From the NCBI GenBank assembly GCA_947627845.1, contig CANQXQ010000002.1, positions 1 through 43,022 on the forward strand: a stretch of DNA of 43,022 bases, read 5' to 3'. This DNA is from an uncultured Bacilli bacterium. Lineage in GTDB: Bacteria; Bacillota_I; Bacilli_A; RF39; UBA660. The position numbers were made by a program, and so were the translations under genes. The first letter of the stretch is position 1, and each line of letters starts with the position of its first letter. Positions 42,939 through 43,022 of the stretch are shown here, one piece after another. The notes beneath the pieces were generated by a model. It searched no databases. It saw nothing but the letters and a program-made list of their open reading frames with translations, and was not told the DNA's origin.

Positions 42939-43022
42939 CTATTGTTTATGTTATAACCCAAGTTTCACACTTGTTGAAGCAAAAAATCACCATTTAGCCC
43001 AGTATTCATAAGGCTTTATAGT

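Noticed and set aside
42964-43022. Possible end of a second IS at the right window edge (TCACACTTGTTGAAGCAAAAAAT versus the IS left end TCAGACTGTTGACAAAGAAAAAAT)
   Set aside because: The resemblance needs an indel and several mismatches, and the sequences diverge completely afterwards. Too little sequence remains in the window to judge.
1-43022. Alternative genetic code (TGA = Trp, Mollicutes-like), considered because of the extreme AT content
   Set aside because: Several well-supported genes end at TGA, often in ATGA stop/start overlaps (yqfC 8839-8841, vanZ-like 10606-10608, engB 14839-14841). No conserved gene needs read-through of TGA.
1-43022. CRISPR arrays, tRNA or rRNA genes, prophage or integrase genes
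   Set aside because: No regularly spaced direct repeats, no cloverleaf-like GC-rich 70-90 nt islands, and no rRNA-like segments were seen. The only GC-enriched non-coding block is RNase P RNA.

Overview
Very AT-rich (by eye about 25-30% GC), standard-code Firmicute chromosome segment with Bacilli/Erysipelotrichia-like gene order and endospore genes. About 85% of it is tightly packed housekeeping operons: spoIIGA-sigE; ponA-recU; gpsB-rnpB; rodZ-like-pgsA; yqfC-yqfD-vanZ-ybeY-dgkA-era; engB; rimP-nusA-ylxR-infB-rbfA-truB; rpsB-tsf; frr; rpsU-yqeY; infC-rpmI-rplT; alaS; sufCDSU. Accessory content is an IS1182-family element at the left edge, a few orphan genes, and a bacteriocin-type locus at about 28.6-32.4 kb. 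The strongest find is in a 520-bp stretch the ORF track leaves empty (31699-32219). It holds three small genes joined by TAATG stop/start overlaps, each encoding a double-glycine-leader peptide. They sit just downstream of a C39-peptidase ABC exporter and a miniature accessory protein, and a clean intrinsic terminator follows them. Other notable points: (1) a roughly 96-nt module encoding a Rho_N/HeH-like motif is fused to the C-termini of both ribosomal proteins S2 and L20, at about 88% nucleotide identity; (2) AlaRS is cleanly shortened, lacks the C-Ala domain, and is co-transcribed with a T4 gp1-like dNMP kinase; (3) the suf operon has a half-size SufD and no SufB; (4) RimP is N-domain only; (5) leader attenuators precede the nusA and infC operons; (6) infC probably starts at ATA; (7) an orphan two-gene operon is driven by two consensus promoters, the second bracketed by an inverted repeat. 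No tRNA, rRNA or CRISPR array was seen. All similarity statements come from hand reading and memory of protein families, not from searches.
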